Source: Fimbriosthenelais zetlandica | Taxonomy: Eukaryota | DNA: 64,000 nt | Direction: 5' to 3' | Assembly (NCBI GenBank): GCA_977030845.1 | Contig: OZ365118.1 | Location: 4,836,001-4,900,000, forward strand | Shown here: positions 48,703 through 62,130 of the stretch, piece by piece | Layout: each line of letters starts with the position of its first letter | Numbering within the stretch: position 1 is the first letter of the stretch | Notes under the pieces: model-generated | Seen by the model: only the letters and a program-made list of their open reading frames with translations | The model's database searches: none | Told to the model about the DNA's origin: nothing | Program-made: the position numbers and the translations under genes

Positions 48703-51418
48703 GTGAGCGGGAATCGTTCAACTGGTCATTTTAATCTTTCCCTGTGGGAAACTATTGCTGTTCTTCCTCCATTGCTCATAAAGCCAGGCAATGTTTGCCC
48801 CTTTCTCTCGATATTTTTTCTAGTTTTTTTCTTTGCTACAATTCAAAACGGAGGAGAAATTGGCTTGGAAAGGGCATCCCTGTTCTTCCCATGCATGATA
48901 TAGGTATACAAATACTTGCATTTCCGATTCATCCCTTAGACATAATTATTACCAAACACAGTATCTAAAAGCAGAGTCGTGACACTCCCAGCAGTGAGGT
49001 GGCACCCACCAATATTCGTCACATTATATTCCTTTCTGCTTTTCATTACTTTCTGCAAAGATTGTCCATTATCTTTGCTTCATGGCTGCTGGAGTCTTTT
49101 TACACTTGTTTTTAATTGAAAATGAAAGATGCTCGGAAATTATTGTCCACATTTCATCATGAGAATTGACCAGTCATGGGGTGGGAGTTAATGCATGCAG
49201 GGATAGAGATCAACTGTTCATTTACATTCACCTCACTATCCTGGGTTTAAACATGGGGGGAATCCCCTCCACTCTAACTGGGTACAAAAAAGGTACATCC
49301 CCCTCGCCAGTCACCATTGATTTTTATCCCTATACAACTAGGTACTTGTGATGAAGTGTCGAGGGAGGGAGAATGCTTGAGTAAATATATGTCTAAACCT
49401 AAAACCCCCGGTCCCATTGATAATAGAATATCCAGATTCCATGGGGTAGCCTTTCTATATCAGGGCTTTCTGCTCTACAAATCTCACTTCTTTTTTTATA
49501 CAGATTTTTTTCCTTTTTCACTTCTTTTTGTATTTATATAGATTCTGTACTCTTTTTTTTGGCCACTTTTGGGACTGAAATATTTGTGGTTGTATAGTTA
49601 GATGGTCGCTTTAGTGAATGTCGTATCGGTGCTTATTTGATCCATTTCGTGATTGAATAGCGAAATGGTCGTTTCATGAAATTTGAATGTATTTTGCTAA
49701 AAGATTTTCCAGATGAACAAGTAAGATTTGGGAATATATTCACTATGGAAATAGACATTTCTCAGTCATTTATATAAGACCTGTCTTTCCTACTCATGGA
49801 TCTTCTCTCCCATGCATTTTGCTCTTTGTTCTCCTGTGCACACAGACACACTGTGTGAGGTTACTTGTTAATATCGCTGGTTGCTCTGCTATTTCCATTC
49901 CCTAAGCTTCGTCTATAAAGAATGTGTTAAATAATCCCATTAGGCTGAAAGCAGCCATATTTATTTTCCGGCTCAGCCCAAAAGACACCGGGCCAATCGT
50001 GGATCCACAAATAGCAACAAGGGAGACCTGATCGCTTTTACGGGTCTGCCTGTTCCCCTCCCCAAAAAGCCTGCCAATTTAGCAGGCGCAATGTAGTGCA
50101 TTATTAGCCTTGATGTGGTCTTCTGTTTACAAAATGGCGTCTGCCACGAGATGGGGAAATTATGGTGATTTGCTACTTGTCATACACAAAGAAATAATGT
50201 TGAGACTGGTGGGGAAAAAGTCTTTAGCTTCTCTTTGTCCTCTTTGGCCTCAATTTAGAGAGTTTAAAATCAATCTGCTTTGAGGCTGGGCTAATTAAAC
50301 ATGAGCTGGAGAGGCCACATGGTAAAGAGTCGCTTATTAGTGCCTAATACCAGCCTTTGTCTCTCTGTCTAATGTCTAATCTAACCTCACCTTCAACATA
50401 CATGCACAGTTCATTATTCAGCTAGTTATACATGATGCACACCATCTAAATTTATTCATGATTATACCATTTGTCTAATTAATTTAATCTTGAATAATTA
50501 TTCCAATCATTTCATCAGCCCCCCAGTCGTCAAAGTTCAGTCAGATTATTATCATTTCATTGTTAGAATATCTTAATATTAGAATAGTGTATAGTTTGAG
50601 CTGTAACCCACATGAATATTTTTATTTAGTATGAATATGGTACATTGTAATAAGAATTGTACTCGTGCCTGGAGCCTGAGACAAGGAACACTTTCCTGAG
50701 TAGTATTGAGTGTTAACTGAGCACCTCCATACAACATTAGGAGCTACTCCTGCCTAATATTGAAATGGACAGTTCAGGTTTTCATCATTAAAAATAAAAA
50801 ATAAAAGTAAGATTTAGCCGGATTATTTGCTTGGATGGTTCTACATTAAAGCACATGTTTTTATTGGAACCCTCGTAAAATCTCACTTAAATATTATCGT
50901 CCCTGACAACATCTGCCTATCTCTCAATAAAATAAAAGATTAAAACCCCAGACGTATCTGGGGATGAGTACAAAAACAGGACGATTTGATCAGTAAGAAA
51001 TGTGTCTGTACCTTTTAACCCCAGAACCAAAGGAGAAAAACACAGAAATTATCTGCTCCTAAAAAATGCCCTCTCAAAACCCAGCACTCATAGCATGTGT
51101 TTTCTATAATGTCTCAGACATCTTTATTCAAAACAGGAGACTGGAATGATACAAAATAAAGAAATAAAAAAGAGATAGACTCTAGATTCCCTGGAGATTG
51201 CAGGTGCCAGACTCCATAATAAGCATGCTTGGCAGCAGGAGTCATCTCTGCCTCTCCCATGTAGAAGGTAGAGAGAGTATAGTATTCTCTAAGTACGTCG
51301 TCTGGATGGCCCAGCCAGACCTCCCACTCATATTCCCCCCATGCTGCTGCCATTACAACATACTTAAAACATTCTTACCAACTTACTTTGATGTTTTTTT
51401 TTATTTTATCTTTTACAG

Positions 51419-51493
51419 GTATCATAGTGAACTTTGTCTCGTACCACGCCTGTCTCCTGCCTTCCTCAGAAAGACCTGATTATTCGGTAAAAG
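51419..51493 (+). other. Candidate 75-nt symmetric (phase 1) exon
   Basis: ttttttattttatcttttacag| ... TAAAAG|gtgagt, with near-consensus sites. Open only in phase 1: IIVNFVSYHACLLPSSERPDYSVK. Confidence 0.65.
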
Positions 51494-51522
51494 GTGAGTT
51501 AATTTTTGAAATAATATGCTGA

Positions 51523-51737
51523 ACCCATTGAGCTACGATCTCCCTACAATCTGCTTTACGATCCAATTACGATCCAAAATTTTAAAAGGATGTGGAATGA
51601 ACCTTCTGAAAAGTATGTGGAATGAACCTACGATCATGTTCCTGTGTGTTTTTTGTTATTCTTCATGGATCAGAACACTCTACGTTCTCATTTTGAGCAT
51701 GTTCAAGCAGATCGTAGGAGATCGTAGCTCAGTGGCT
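51523..51737. mobile_element. MITE family 4 (right end ...GGCT, as in families 1-2)
   Basis: CCATTGAGCTACGATCTCCCTACAATCTGCT and AGCAGATCGTAGGAGATCGTAGCTCAGTGG form a ~30-bp imperfect inverted repeat about 210 bp apart. Confidence 0.7.
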
Positions 51738-52984
51738 ATTATTATAGGTTTGATCTTACTTTTAGAGCCAACGATAAAACCGTCATTTTCACAGTGTGAG
51801 CTCCATGGGAAAAACACTATTAACCTCTTAGGGTATTAAGTCACAAGTAGCATTAAGTGACCTGTATCTTTGCTTGCTGACCCTCATCCTCCCACACCTT
51901 AATCACAGATGACCATTTAGTGACTCAATTATCCTTTATAATGCATCTTGCCCGCCTATCGAGGAGCATCAACGTACCAGATGGTACGGTGATCTTTGCT
52001 ACCGGCTCATTGTTACAATCAGTGTGTGCATTTTCCCAGCATTTGATGGAATCTGTTTTATTATACTCGAGGCTAGACCCTTCACCTTGACGCCCCTGTG
52101 TGGGGCTCTTATCTCAGAGATATCATCATTATGAATCATCATCCCACTTTGAGGCTTACAAGTGGCTCTGGAAATGGATAGAATAAAGGTCCTGGCAAAT
52201 GGGAAATATTAAACAATTTTAGGTTGCAATAATTGAGAATTTATGGTTGCAATAATTGAGAATTTATGGTTGAAATACAGGGTAACTTTTGGGGTTTTTC
52301 TCCACCTATATTATGTGTAAATCATGAAAATTTAATGTACATTTTTGAAGTTTTAAAGGACACTTTATTATAACCATTTCCTTTTCACAAAGTATTTTCG
52401 GGTGGTCCTATTGTGAAACAATGCATTTGTACATATATTAACATAACAATTAATCTCAAAAATTTTATACTGATTATGAAAGTCGGTATAGTAAAAGATC
52501 AATAAAATCCAAAAGAATCCCAAAATGAAGGGATTTGATGGAAGGGGCACTCCCTCATAACCCATGCATAATATATATGTATTAGACAGGAGTGTCATTC
52601 CAAACATGGCAAATGGTGGGTTTGGAAGCACCCCAAGGAATTCCTTACTTTATGGCATTTCTGGGTTTACCCTGGGACTCGGGTGGAGATTTTCTTTGTG
52701 TAGGTGACCACAACTTTTTGACCCTGAACCCTTTTAAACATTGAATGGAAGTGGGGTGGACGGGGCATGGGGCCGGGCTGTTACCGGGTCGTGGCCCCCT
52801 CAGGTCCCGGCGGGGAGGACCGTGGTGGAAGTCATTCTATTGTTGGTGGGTGAGGTGACCAGGGTATGGGTTCACCTAGCGGCCATCTGTGACATAACAA
52901 TGATAATAAATGATCTTCACCTTCTGGGCGCCTCCTCTCACAACCCCGAACACCCATCTCAGTGTGGCTATCTTAATAATAGAC

Positions 52985-53420
52985 TGGTTAAAGATGTTCC
53001 CAATCACAGTTAGTTACATAGCCTGGTCAAAGATGTTCCCAATCACAGTTAGTTACATAGCCTGGTTAAAGATTTATGTTCCCAATCACAGTTAGTTACA
53101 TAGACTGGTCAAAGATGTTCCCAATCACAGTTAGTTACATAGCCTGGTCAAAGATGTTCCCAATCACAGTTAGTTACATAGACTGGTCAAAGATGTTCCC
53201 AATCACAGTTAGTATATAACCTGGTTAAAGATGTTCCCAATCACAGTTAGTTGCATAGCCTGGTTAAAGATGTTCCCAATCACAGTTAGTTACATAGCCT
53301 GGTTAAAGATGTTCCCAATCACAGTTAGTTACATAGCCTGGTTAAAGATGTTCCCAATCACAGTTAGTTACATAGCCTGGTCAGGATTCAACAACAGAGA
53401 TGTTCCCAATCACAGTTAGC
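52985..53420. repeat. 39-bp minisatellite, about 10-11 copies
   Basis: tggt(t/c)aaagatgttcccaatcacagttagttacatagcc. Units are contiguous, with no spacers. Confidence 0.95.
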
Positions 53421-54213
53421 TATCTGACAACTGAGTAATAGTGTCAGTGGGTCTCACTTGGCCTTTTCTCTAGGGGTGAGATAATGGATTGAAAAAATAA
53501 AAATTATGGATCAAATGTCTTCTGGGTGAGGAGGAATTTGAAGCTGTGGGTTCAGATTTGAATGCACGATCTGATTCCAATCCTTCTTATTGCCTTTTTC
53601 TTCTCATTTCATCGCCCCATTGATGTGCCCTACTTGCCCCAGATCAGGTTTTAATTCATTTTATTTCAATATTTGCACAGATAAAATCAATATTTTCCAT
53701 TTGCACCATGAACCCATATCAGTTTCAAGGTTTTGTTATAAGTTATTTGCTCTCCGGGAGCATGGGTATGAATAATGGTGGGCTGTTGGGAAGAATGATT
53801 CTCAAAGGTCTTCAAATCAGTCATAAAAAATAGGGAAACAAGATGAGTGATCAGGCAATTAAATGTGACAGTTTGAATAAGGGTTCTTGACACATCTATC
53901 ACCCCTTGATCAGCAGATATTTCCTGCTTGCCAAGCATTTTCCCCCTACTTCGTTTAGTCACAAGACACATGGGGTTTGATCTTAGTCTTGCTGATGCCT
54001 TTGATAATCTTTTTTTTATTCTGAATAAGACGGAAATTAAAAATTACCTTCAGAGGGTATTTTTAATGGTGTAGGCTCATAGATTTGTGTCATTTAGTAT
54101 AAATGAATGTATGTCTAGCATGAGATGTGTGCTACATGCTTCTACTGGTTTGTGTGTCAGTTAATTTGTGTGTCAGTTAAGTATATAAATGAATGTATAA
54201 TGGGGAGAGTGGC

Positions 54214-54228
54214 CAGACTAGGGGGCAC
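54214..54228 (+). promoter_or_regulatory. CTCF-like motif
   Basis: CAGACTAGGGGGCAC. Confidence 0.35.
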
Positions 54229-54792
54229 TTTTTCAAAACCCTGCCCCTGACCTACGGGCCAGGATATTGGTCATTTTAACACTTGCTATCTTTCATCTTC
54301 CGTTCTGAAAGGCCAAGCTGTTAAACATTATGTCCAGTTACAATTTCTTTTAAACTTTCAAATTTAAAAAATCATACAAAATAAGGGGAATTCAACTATT
54401 TTTCCTATGTGCTGGAATATTATATAGCCCTGATAGGTCTGCATTCCCTCCATTATGGCAACCATATCCCTTTCCCTCTACATTCCCCTATAGAAGAACT
54501 TCTTATAAAACATTCCTGTGGGGATGAGTCAAGCTGTTTGATCACCCGGGCATTAACCAACTAAAGGTAAGAGGGAATTTCCCTCTTAAAATATGAAGAA
54601 ATAGCTCTAAATGGGCCCCCCTTAAAAGTCCCGAAGAAATCTAGCAGAAATTCCGTCTATGCTTTGTATCTAAACCTTTCAAGATACACATATGTACTAA
54701 GAATTTTCTGTCATTGATGCATTGAATAGTAAAAATGATAAAGAAGCTGACATTGTAACGGGTTTGTAACTCTTTCTGTCACCATTTTCGAG

Positions 54793-54808
54793 TGACGTCA
54801 TCACGTGG
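54793..54808. promoter_or_regulatory. Full CRE abutting an E-box
   Basis: TGACGTCA 54793-54800 and CACGTG 54802-54807. Confidence 0.45.
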
Positions 54809-56227
54809 CCTTTACAAGCGTCAGACTGGCGTGAAGTGTGATACGTTCCACCACCATATCGCCTGCTTGTCACCAAGTCTTCCTGGAAAGTAAAAACCAG
54901 CCAATGTTCCCAATTTTTCCATCTTTTTTTTCCTCCGTCAGTTTTCCCCAGAACCCTTCTGCTAGTAGCTTTCTGAACATGTTTGTGTGTAGAGAACAAT
55001 AGCTGGGGTGTTATCGAAAAAAATTGTCATTATGTCATTTGAACCCCTTGACTCAAGGTCTACTTTAGAGGTTAAGTATTGTGTGGATAACTGTGCGAGT
55101 ATCCCCCCCCCCACCCCACCCCACCCCACCCCAAACCCACTCGGCACATGATCACCAAGTTTTGTAATTTTATTTTAATAATTCAAAACAAACATCCTTC
55201 AATAATTCACATCCGCTTAATGTTACCTAGCAATGGATCGATTATTTAAAGGGATATATGTGTCCCTAAGCTAGGACAGCTCTGTGTATCAACGAATGGC
55301 ACTTCCTTTTCTTCAATTTCATCGACCTTTGCCTTATCTCTTGGCAGGTGCCTTTAAGGGCGGTCTACTATAGGAGTTAATGAGTGCACCTGATGAGGCC
55401 AGGATTGTACAGTATTGATAAAGGCCATTAATGTTTGATTTTAATTGACACACAGCTACGCCTGAGACATGCTATATGCCTCCAGCTCCTACAGTAAACA
55501 TGATAGCCAAGCCATGAAACCCAAAAACCGTGGAAAATGGTAGGAGGAAGGGTGGGGGTAGTCTTTATTGCATTTAAATAGCCCAGACAAATTAGAGTGT
55601 TCAACCCTAGCCTAACTCTTGCTCGTTTTCTGGGAGTTTTAAGGGGGGAGTTTTAAGTTTATGTATAGAGAATCGATGTAGGCCTGTTTCGTATTAACTA
55701 TTGTATTATTTAGATACCCTTTAGAGGGAAATCATTTTACTATTAGGTTGCCCCCATCTCTGGTCTACTACACAACTTGATATTGGGCCATCGTACCCCC
55801 AATTGGGCCCTCATACCCCCAATGCAGGTGTCCTATACCCTTCTGGGCCACCGTACCCCTCCCAAACCCATTTCCAGCCTCTAATCGGGTTGTGCTGCTC
55901 ATAGAATGGCGCCATGAAAAAATCATGGAGTAAAATAGTAGTTTGGCAGGAAGCCTACTCGATGTTTTCAGTCATGCTTGGATCGCATCCAAAACTGAAC
56001 CCCACGGGTCCCGACCCCAGCTTAAAATCAGTCCCTCAGGTCCCGACCCAAGCTAAATCCCTGCCCAACGCAACAGATACCCCAAACCCAACCCAACTTT
56101 ACATTATTATGTGAGGAATATGGGAAGAATAGAAAGCCTACTTCAGCAATTATTTCTAGTATAATGAATAGTGTAATGAATAGCCATACTTGTGATTTAA
56201 AAAAAACACAAATTTTAAGTATTTTGA

Positions 56228-56279
<52 letters not shown>
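56228..56279. repeat. (AAAT)n microsatellite
   Basis: About 12 units. Confidence 0.95.
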
Positions 56280-56648
56280 CATTCATTTATTCCTAACACT
56301 GAGCCAAATATATTCGTAACATTTACTAACAATATAAAAGATAGATGGGTGGGTGGAGGGGATGCGGGTCAGTGGTTTATATACGGAGAGAGAGGATCAA
56401 AAACAATATAAGAAGTGGAGGACTTGGTCACGCAACGAGCGGACGTCAGACTACAAAGCATCGGTACATAATTAATGTTAAAATAATAAGTGAAGTGTGA
56501 AATGTACGGGACGGGTATAGAGAGAGAGACGTGGAGAGAGAGAGAGAGCCCCACCCATTGAACCCGTCAACGTATATACAAACACTAGTTAATTCATAGC
56601 GAGTATTTTTATCTCAAGGATATCTTTTCTTCTCTCTTTTAACACCAG

Positions 56649-56665
56649 AGTTGGATATGCATGAG
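56649..56665 (+). other. Candidate 17-nt microexon
   Basis: ttttcttctctcttttaacaccag|AGTTGGATATGCATGAG|gtagca. Strong acceptor, moderate donor. Confidence 0.35.
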
Positions 56666-58901
56666 GTAGCATTAATAATATTGTTGCCGATGACAAGAGT
56701 TGTTGGTTGGGTGCACATTTACCCGGGTCCCAGTCACTCTGTCAGTCAGGCATCAATGATTTTAAGGTGGAGTTGGTGAAAATTTAAAGGGAAATTTCCG
56801 AAAATACTCAGGATGGGTGCGCCCCGACCCCCAGGGGTGGATATTTTAATGGTATGATATTTGGTAAAAAGAGGGTGTGGTGATAGATCCGAATCTTATA
56901 GATTAATTTTAATTTATCAAAAGTAATTCAACACCAGAAACCAAACAAGATCTCCCGACCACAGATCTGGCACAGGCCCAGCAGGTATTTCCTGGCTTCA
57001 TGTTTGGAAATTTAATTAGTTTAATGAATTTAAATATGACATTAATGAGTCCACACAATATTGATGATAATTCTTTGTTATTGCGTTATGCAAACTAGTT
57101 TTCTTGGAAATTGTGTTAATAATATGTTATATAGGAAGTAAAATATTTTTATCATATTTTAGAGAGTAATAGTTTTGACAGCCTCAGGGTTAAGCTGGCT
57201 CTTGAGGCATGAGATATAGGAGAGAGGGGGAGACTGTGTGCATGTTGGATAGTAAAGTATATATGTTAGCCCTGAACTGGGGGAAACATGACAAGAGATC
57301 AAAGTATCTCTCCTCTTTATATTCCTGATTTACTATTTCTTTACTGCCTCATAATTATAACCACTTATTATTTATGTTCACAAGGTCCAGTGTTGAACCA
57401 TATCTAAAACAAATATCCTTTGAAAAAATTGGGATTCTGTGATGGAAAGTGACAATAAATCATAATCGTGAAATTGTTATTTCTAACAAAATGTCATTTG
57501 CTGTTTCAAAGACTGTGCCACCCATGGAGGTGGATATGTTTTGGCTCTGTTTATCAACACTACAGGTGGTAGTGGGGGGTGGGGTCGGGGGGGGGGGGGT
57601 GCGTAAATCGATGGAGGGGGCACTTTTCCTAGTATTTCCCTGGATTTTCAATTCCCAATTTTCCTTAGCAAATTTTACCGAAGAGTGTAATCCATGAGTT
57701 ATAAAAATTAATCTGAAAGTATAGGGGGGTGGGGGGTCCCCCTACATTCGCCCCTGGAAAGACAGCTAGCTCCTGTGTGATCCCTGCCAAACTTAGTTAA
57801 AACTTGGTTAGTGACTTGGTAATTTCGCCGATACGGATGTTGATATTTGACTAGGTGTATAATAGATATAGACCTAGGATAATTAATGATAGGATGAAAA
57901 CCACACCACCCATCTACCAACATGCCTGGAATGCCTTCATCTCTTACCGACTCTTTTCTCCTTCACACTTTTCTGCATCCACCCCCCCCCCCCCTACCTC
58001 AACCTTGTCCTCATATTAACCCCCCCCCAGCCCCCTCCGACCCCAACACCTCAAAAAACACCCTCTAATACTTGGCCTCACTCCTAAAAACTGGCTCCAT
58101 TTCATCTGATAATTTTGCATGTCACATGCAATGGTTAAAAAAACTTTAATCTGATATCCCTGGCTCTGAATGAAATTCTAATTGATATAAGCTGTGTATG
58201 GAGTATAAGGGAAGGTCTGGTAATTTGGTTTATAGCACATTCCTTTCCCCTATAGACTGTAGGTAGTATATCATAGATGGCAGGCATGGTGGTGGGTGGG
58301 GAGATGTACACATAACTTAGTGACATAACTCACATGTTTCTAGTGCAATCTAACCTCAAATCAGAATGTATGAACTTTGGTAATTGACATGACAAACATA
58401 TGTACATATCATTTCATACCGTGGTGGTACTTTTCCTCGCCCATTACATTGACATGGTTGCAATCATAGCTGTTTTACATGCCAACCTTAAATGTTGCTC
58501 TTCTTAAAATTCCACTTAATGTAATTGAATATATCTGATAACAGCTATAAAGAAATATCTTGTAACGATTGTCTCCAAACCTCTGATAAGAAGAGGGATA
58601 GTGAATTAAGTATAACACCAATAGACAAAGGAGAACAGTTGTAAATAATGAAGGAATTTCCCCAACATTTTTTTTTTAATTTTTGCATTTTTCATACTTA
58701 TGGTATAACAAGATAGATAAGACTTTCACGGTTCATGATTTTGAAGGGCAGTTCTATACGTCACATGTACATTTTCATGATCGAAAGATTAACGTCTGGA
58801 GTAATCATAAGACTATTGCCATGCGTGTAATTATGATAAATCTAATTGCACCGTGTATGTGTTTGATGTAATTACGATGGCACTGAAGTGATATAGAGAT
58901 A

Positions 58902-59113
58902 CGCCTGGAATACACTGATCCGATTCTCCATCCGGATCCATCCGATAGCTGTCCGAAACTATATTTCTATTCACACTAAATGCTTGTAATTTGAGCAGAC
59001 AATTACATCTAGGTAAGGCTAACCTCTGACAAAATTTCAATCATTAGATGCCATTAGAAATGGAAGTTCGGATGGCAAACGGATTGGAGAATGGGATTAG
59101 TGTATTCCAGGCT
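58902..59113 (+). mobile_element. MITE family 2, copy e
   Basis: Same TIRs; ATA/ATA duplication. Confidence 0.9.
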
Positions 59114-59808
59114 ATACAGGGAGAGAGTGGGGAATATATGAGATGAATCATGTATGGGGAGCGAGATTGACAAGTTGATGTGTAAGGATTAACACCCGAT
59201 CAAATGGTGTCATCTTATGATCTCTATTCAACGTGTGTTCAGTTAATCCACACCCCCCCCCCCCACCCACCCACTCCCACCTCCAACAACACCACCCAGA
59301 CCCACTCCCACAAACAAGGAAGTATGAAAGTTGCTGGCTTTGTTGTCATTGAAAATCGACCCGGTAAAAAATCAAAATTTAATATACAGTATGGAAATCA
59401 AAGCTAATCCATTTATGATGTTGCGTGATGGATTATTTTTAAAATGCAAGAAGTTTTTTTAAGGAAAATATGAGTGAAAATGGAAGAGAGAGTTGAGTTG
59501 GTGGTGGGCCTATCTTTATTGTGGGTACAATGTTTTCCTCCCGACTAAGCTGATTCCCATTCATCATTTAACAATCAAATACCCATCTCACTCTGTCACC
59601 CAGACATGTCTCATTTACATGATCTTTATTGTTCTTTTTTTCACCACCCGAATCTGTAGATAAAGGACTTCTACATGATTTGTTTGTAAACTAAATCTGT
59701 CATCTCTTTATCTCATAAGCTTCAAGCTCCTTGGAAATCACTTAAGAGTGGGAGAGAAAGAGATGGGGCCACATGTGGTGTCAGACAAGCAATACATCAC
59801 CTAGATGA

Positions 59809-59864
59809 GGGGCGTGGTCAACGGGGGGGAAAGGGGCGGGGCTCCAGGCGGAGTAGGCGTGGTC
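59809..59864. promoter_or_regulatory. Sp/KLF GC-box cluster (possible internal or antisense promoter)
   Basis: GGGGCGTGGT 59809, GGGGCGGGGC 59833, AGGCGTGGTC 59855. Confidence 0.4.
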
Positions 59865-62130
59865 GTCAGATAGTCCTAACTCTATTATCGCTCACTAATC
59901 TCCCCCAACTTCCTAGAATGATGAATAGTGCAATTGAAGTGAGAATCATGGAGGAAAAGTTTCAAATCCAACTAACCACCGGATAATCAATGCATTGATA
60001 CCGCTATCTCTATGTTTTTTCATGAGAAAAACTTTAAATGAAATAGAAAACTTGTGAAAGTTTGAAATCTCCAGGGTTCGCATGTGATTGTTATGCATAT
60101 TTGCAGGCTAAATAAGACAATATTCACTTTAATCCCATCTGTGTATCTGGGTGATAGGATTACCACGGCTCATCCATCTATCTAGTCGACATTGTAATGT
60201 CAGAGAAGGAAGCACTAACCCGATGAGGACAAGAGTTGCACTTAGAACATTTGCCCTAATTCCAATAGACTCGACCCCTCGAGGATCCACAACCAAACTC
60301 TCACGGGGGCCATCCATTGAGTTTCCCTTTCTTCAGACAACTCCCATGGGAAACGGGTCTTAGAAGCAGCCATGCAAACCCCAAAACCCACACCACAAAG
60401 TAGAGGGCACAAGTTCTGTAGGTTTTCCTGGCATTCAGGTGGGTGCTCATGCACCCCTATATATGTATCTATAAGACGACCTGTTGTGGGGGGAGAGAAT
60501 TGATGGTGTGACCGAATTGAAAATCTGCCAAGCCACTCTCTGTTATTCTGGGAGGGAGTATGACGCTGGAGGGTTGATTACATTCTGGCATCGGAAAACA
60601 ACCTTTGTGATGGACACTGCGAGAGAAAGGAGGGAATTCTATGGGCAAGAAAGGAGGGAATTCTATGGGCAAGTCAGTCCCAACAGATGGATCCATGGCT
60701 GAATTCACAGGGTTACTTTGGTACTTTCTTCCCCACATGACATGATGAATGGATGGAAAATATATTGGTTGAACTTGAAGGGGGGAGTATCTGGAACTGT
60801 GGCTAAAATTAAAACAGGTCTGGGGGTAAGATGAGATGGCAAGTGATGGGGACAGAAATAAAGTGACTGCTCATAAAATGAGGTAAGGTGAGATGGTTCA
60901 TCTGAACTGCGGATCAGAGGTAATACTGCTAACACAGCACCTGTAAGGTTTTAACCTGTTTTGCATGATGGGTTTTCTCCTTTTCTACACTCATTCGAAT
61001 TTTGCTTTTCTGGGTATAAACATATCTGTGCTTTCTCCAGAGTCATCCATCATCTTTTGAAGACATTTTCATCAAGGTCGCCACTCACAGAATTTCATAG
61101 CTCCATTTGAAAACGAGTTCCGTAACAAAAGTGTTTCATAATTGACCACATCTGTCTTCTGAAACAGGTCTAATGACTGTTTGAAAAGCTAAGCTTTCAG
61201 ATAGGTGCTTTCTCATGGAAATGTGCAGAGTAGCCGCAGTGTAGACGACATCATTGAGATTCAGATTAATTCAGCTGAGATGTGTATGGGACCAGAAGTC
61301 GGTGCCTTTCTTCTGTATTGCTGATATAGAAGATGTGAGAAGAAAGCCACGATGAAGGCAGACATACAAGCTGTACAAATATTTATGAGTCCAACTTTTA
61401 GGGTTAAGCCTGTGTCGAGACGACAATGGCATTGTGACTCCGCAGGTCGTGACCGACATAGATATATTGACATACCAATATGTGTTTGTACATGCTGCAT
61501 CTCACACTACTTTATATTGCCGTATATTTGTCTACAGTCTATGATATGCTACCATGGAACATTGTTTTCCTGGATTAAAAATTTGAAAAAAAAACCCACC
61601 CAGTTGGGAGGGGAAAAAACGGGTCACTCATTTCCATGCTCATTTCATTTCACCTTTTTTCTCTGATATAAATGCTGGTACTATTGGAGAAAGTATGCAT
61701 GTGGTATTTTTATGGGCATTTTTCCTGCCTCTCTGACCTTCCTCTTGTCTGCGTGACCTTCGCCGTGGGAGGGAATTCTCGCTTGACGAGACCTTGGCGA
61801 GACTTTACATTTTTATCTGGAGGACGACGTAAACGAGCATTTGATGGATTCCTCCATTCAAACTAGGATCATCCCCCAGACCCCCTCATCCCCCGGGAGG
61901 AGAAAAATATGGAAAGTCAAATGTATCTTTATAATAGGGAATGATAATATTATTTCAGCGCTGCTTGGAAACCAGGGATCCAAGTTCGATTCCCATCCCA
62001 TCCCCTCCCCTCTTTTTTACCCACAGCAGGTCTCCTCCAATGAAACCAGACGATTTATTATCTTTATATCTTGATAATCTATTGTTTCAAAACTGGTAAT
62101 TGTATAATGATTTGTATTTTTCTTTTCTAG

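Noticed and set aside
52985-53420. CRISPR array
   Set aside because: The units are contiguous with no unique spacers, there are no cas genes, and the context is eukaryotic.
54785-54885. Minus-strand exon candidate / 100-aa ORF
   Set aside because: The donor is weak, and the sequence is better explained as a CRE/E-box regulatory patch.
22731-56900. miRNA look-alikes (TGGCAGTGTG ~22731, TGAAAGAC ~30117, TAGATCCGAA ~56884)
   Set aside because: Only short partial matches to miR-34, miR-71 and miR-10/100 as I recall them, with no precursor hairpin.
2488-59285. Many poly-G/poly-C runs as G-quadruplex elements
   Set aside because: They are scattered throughout without a pattern tied to features, so probably background simple sequence.
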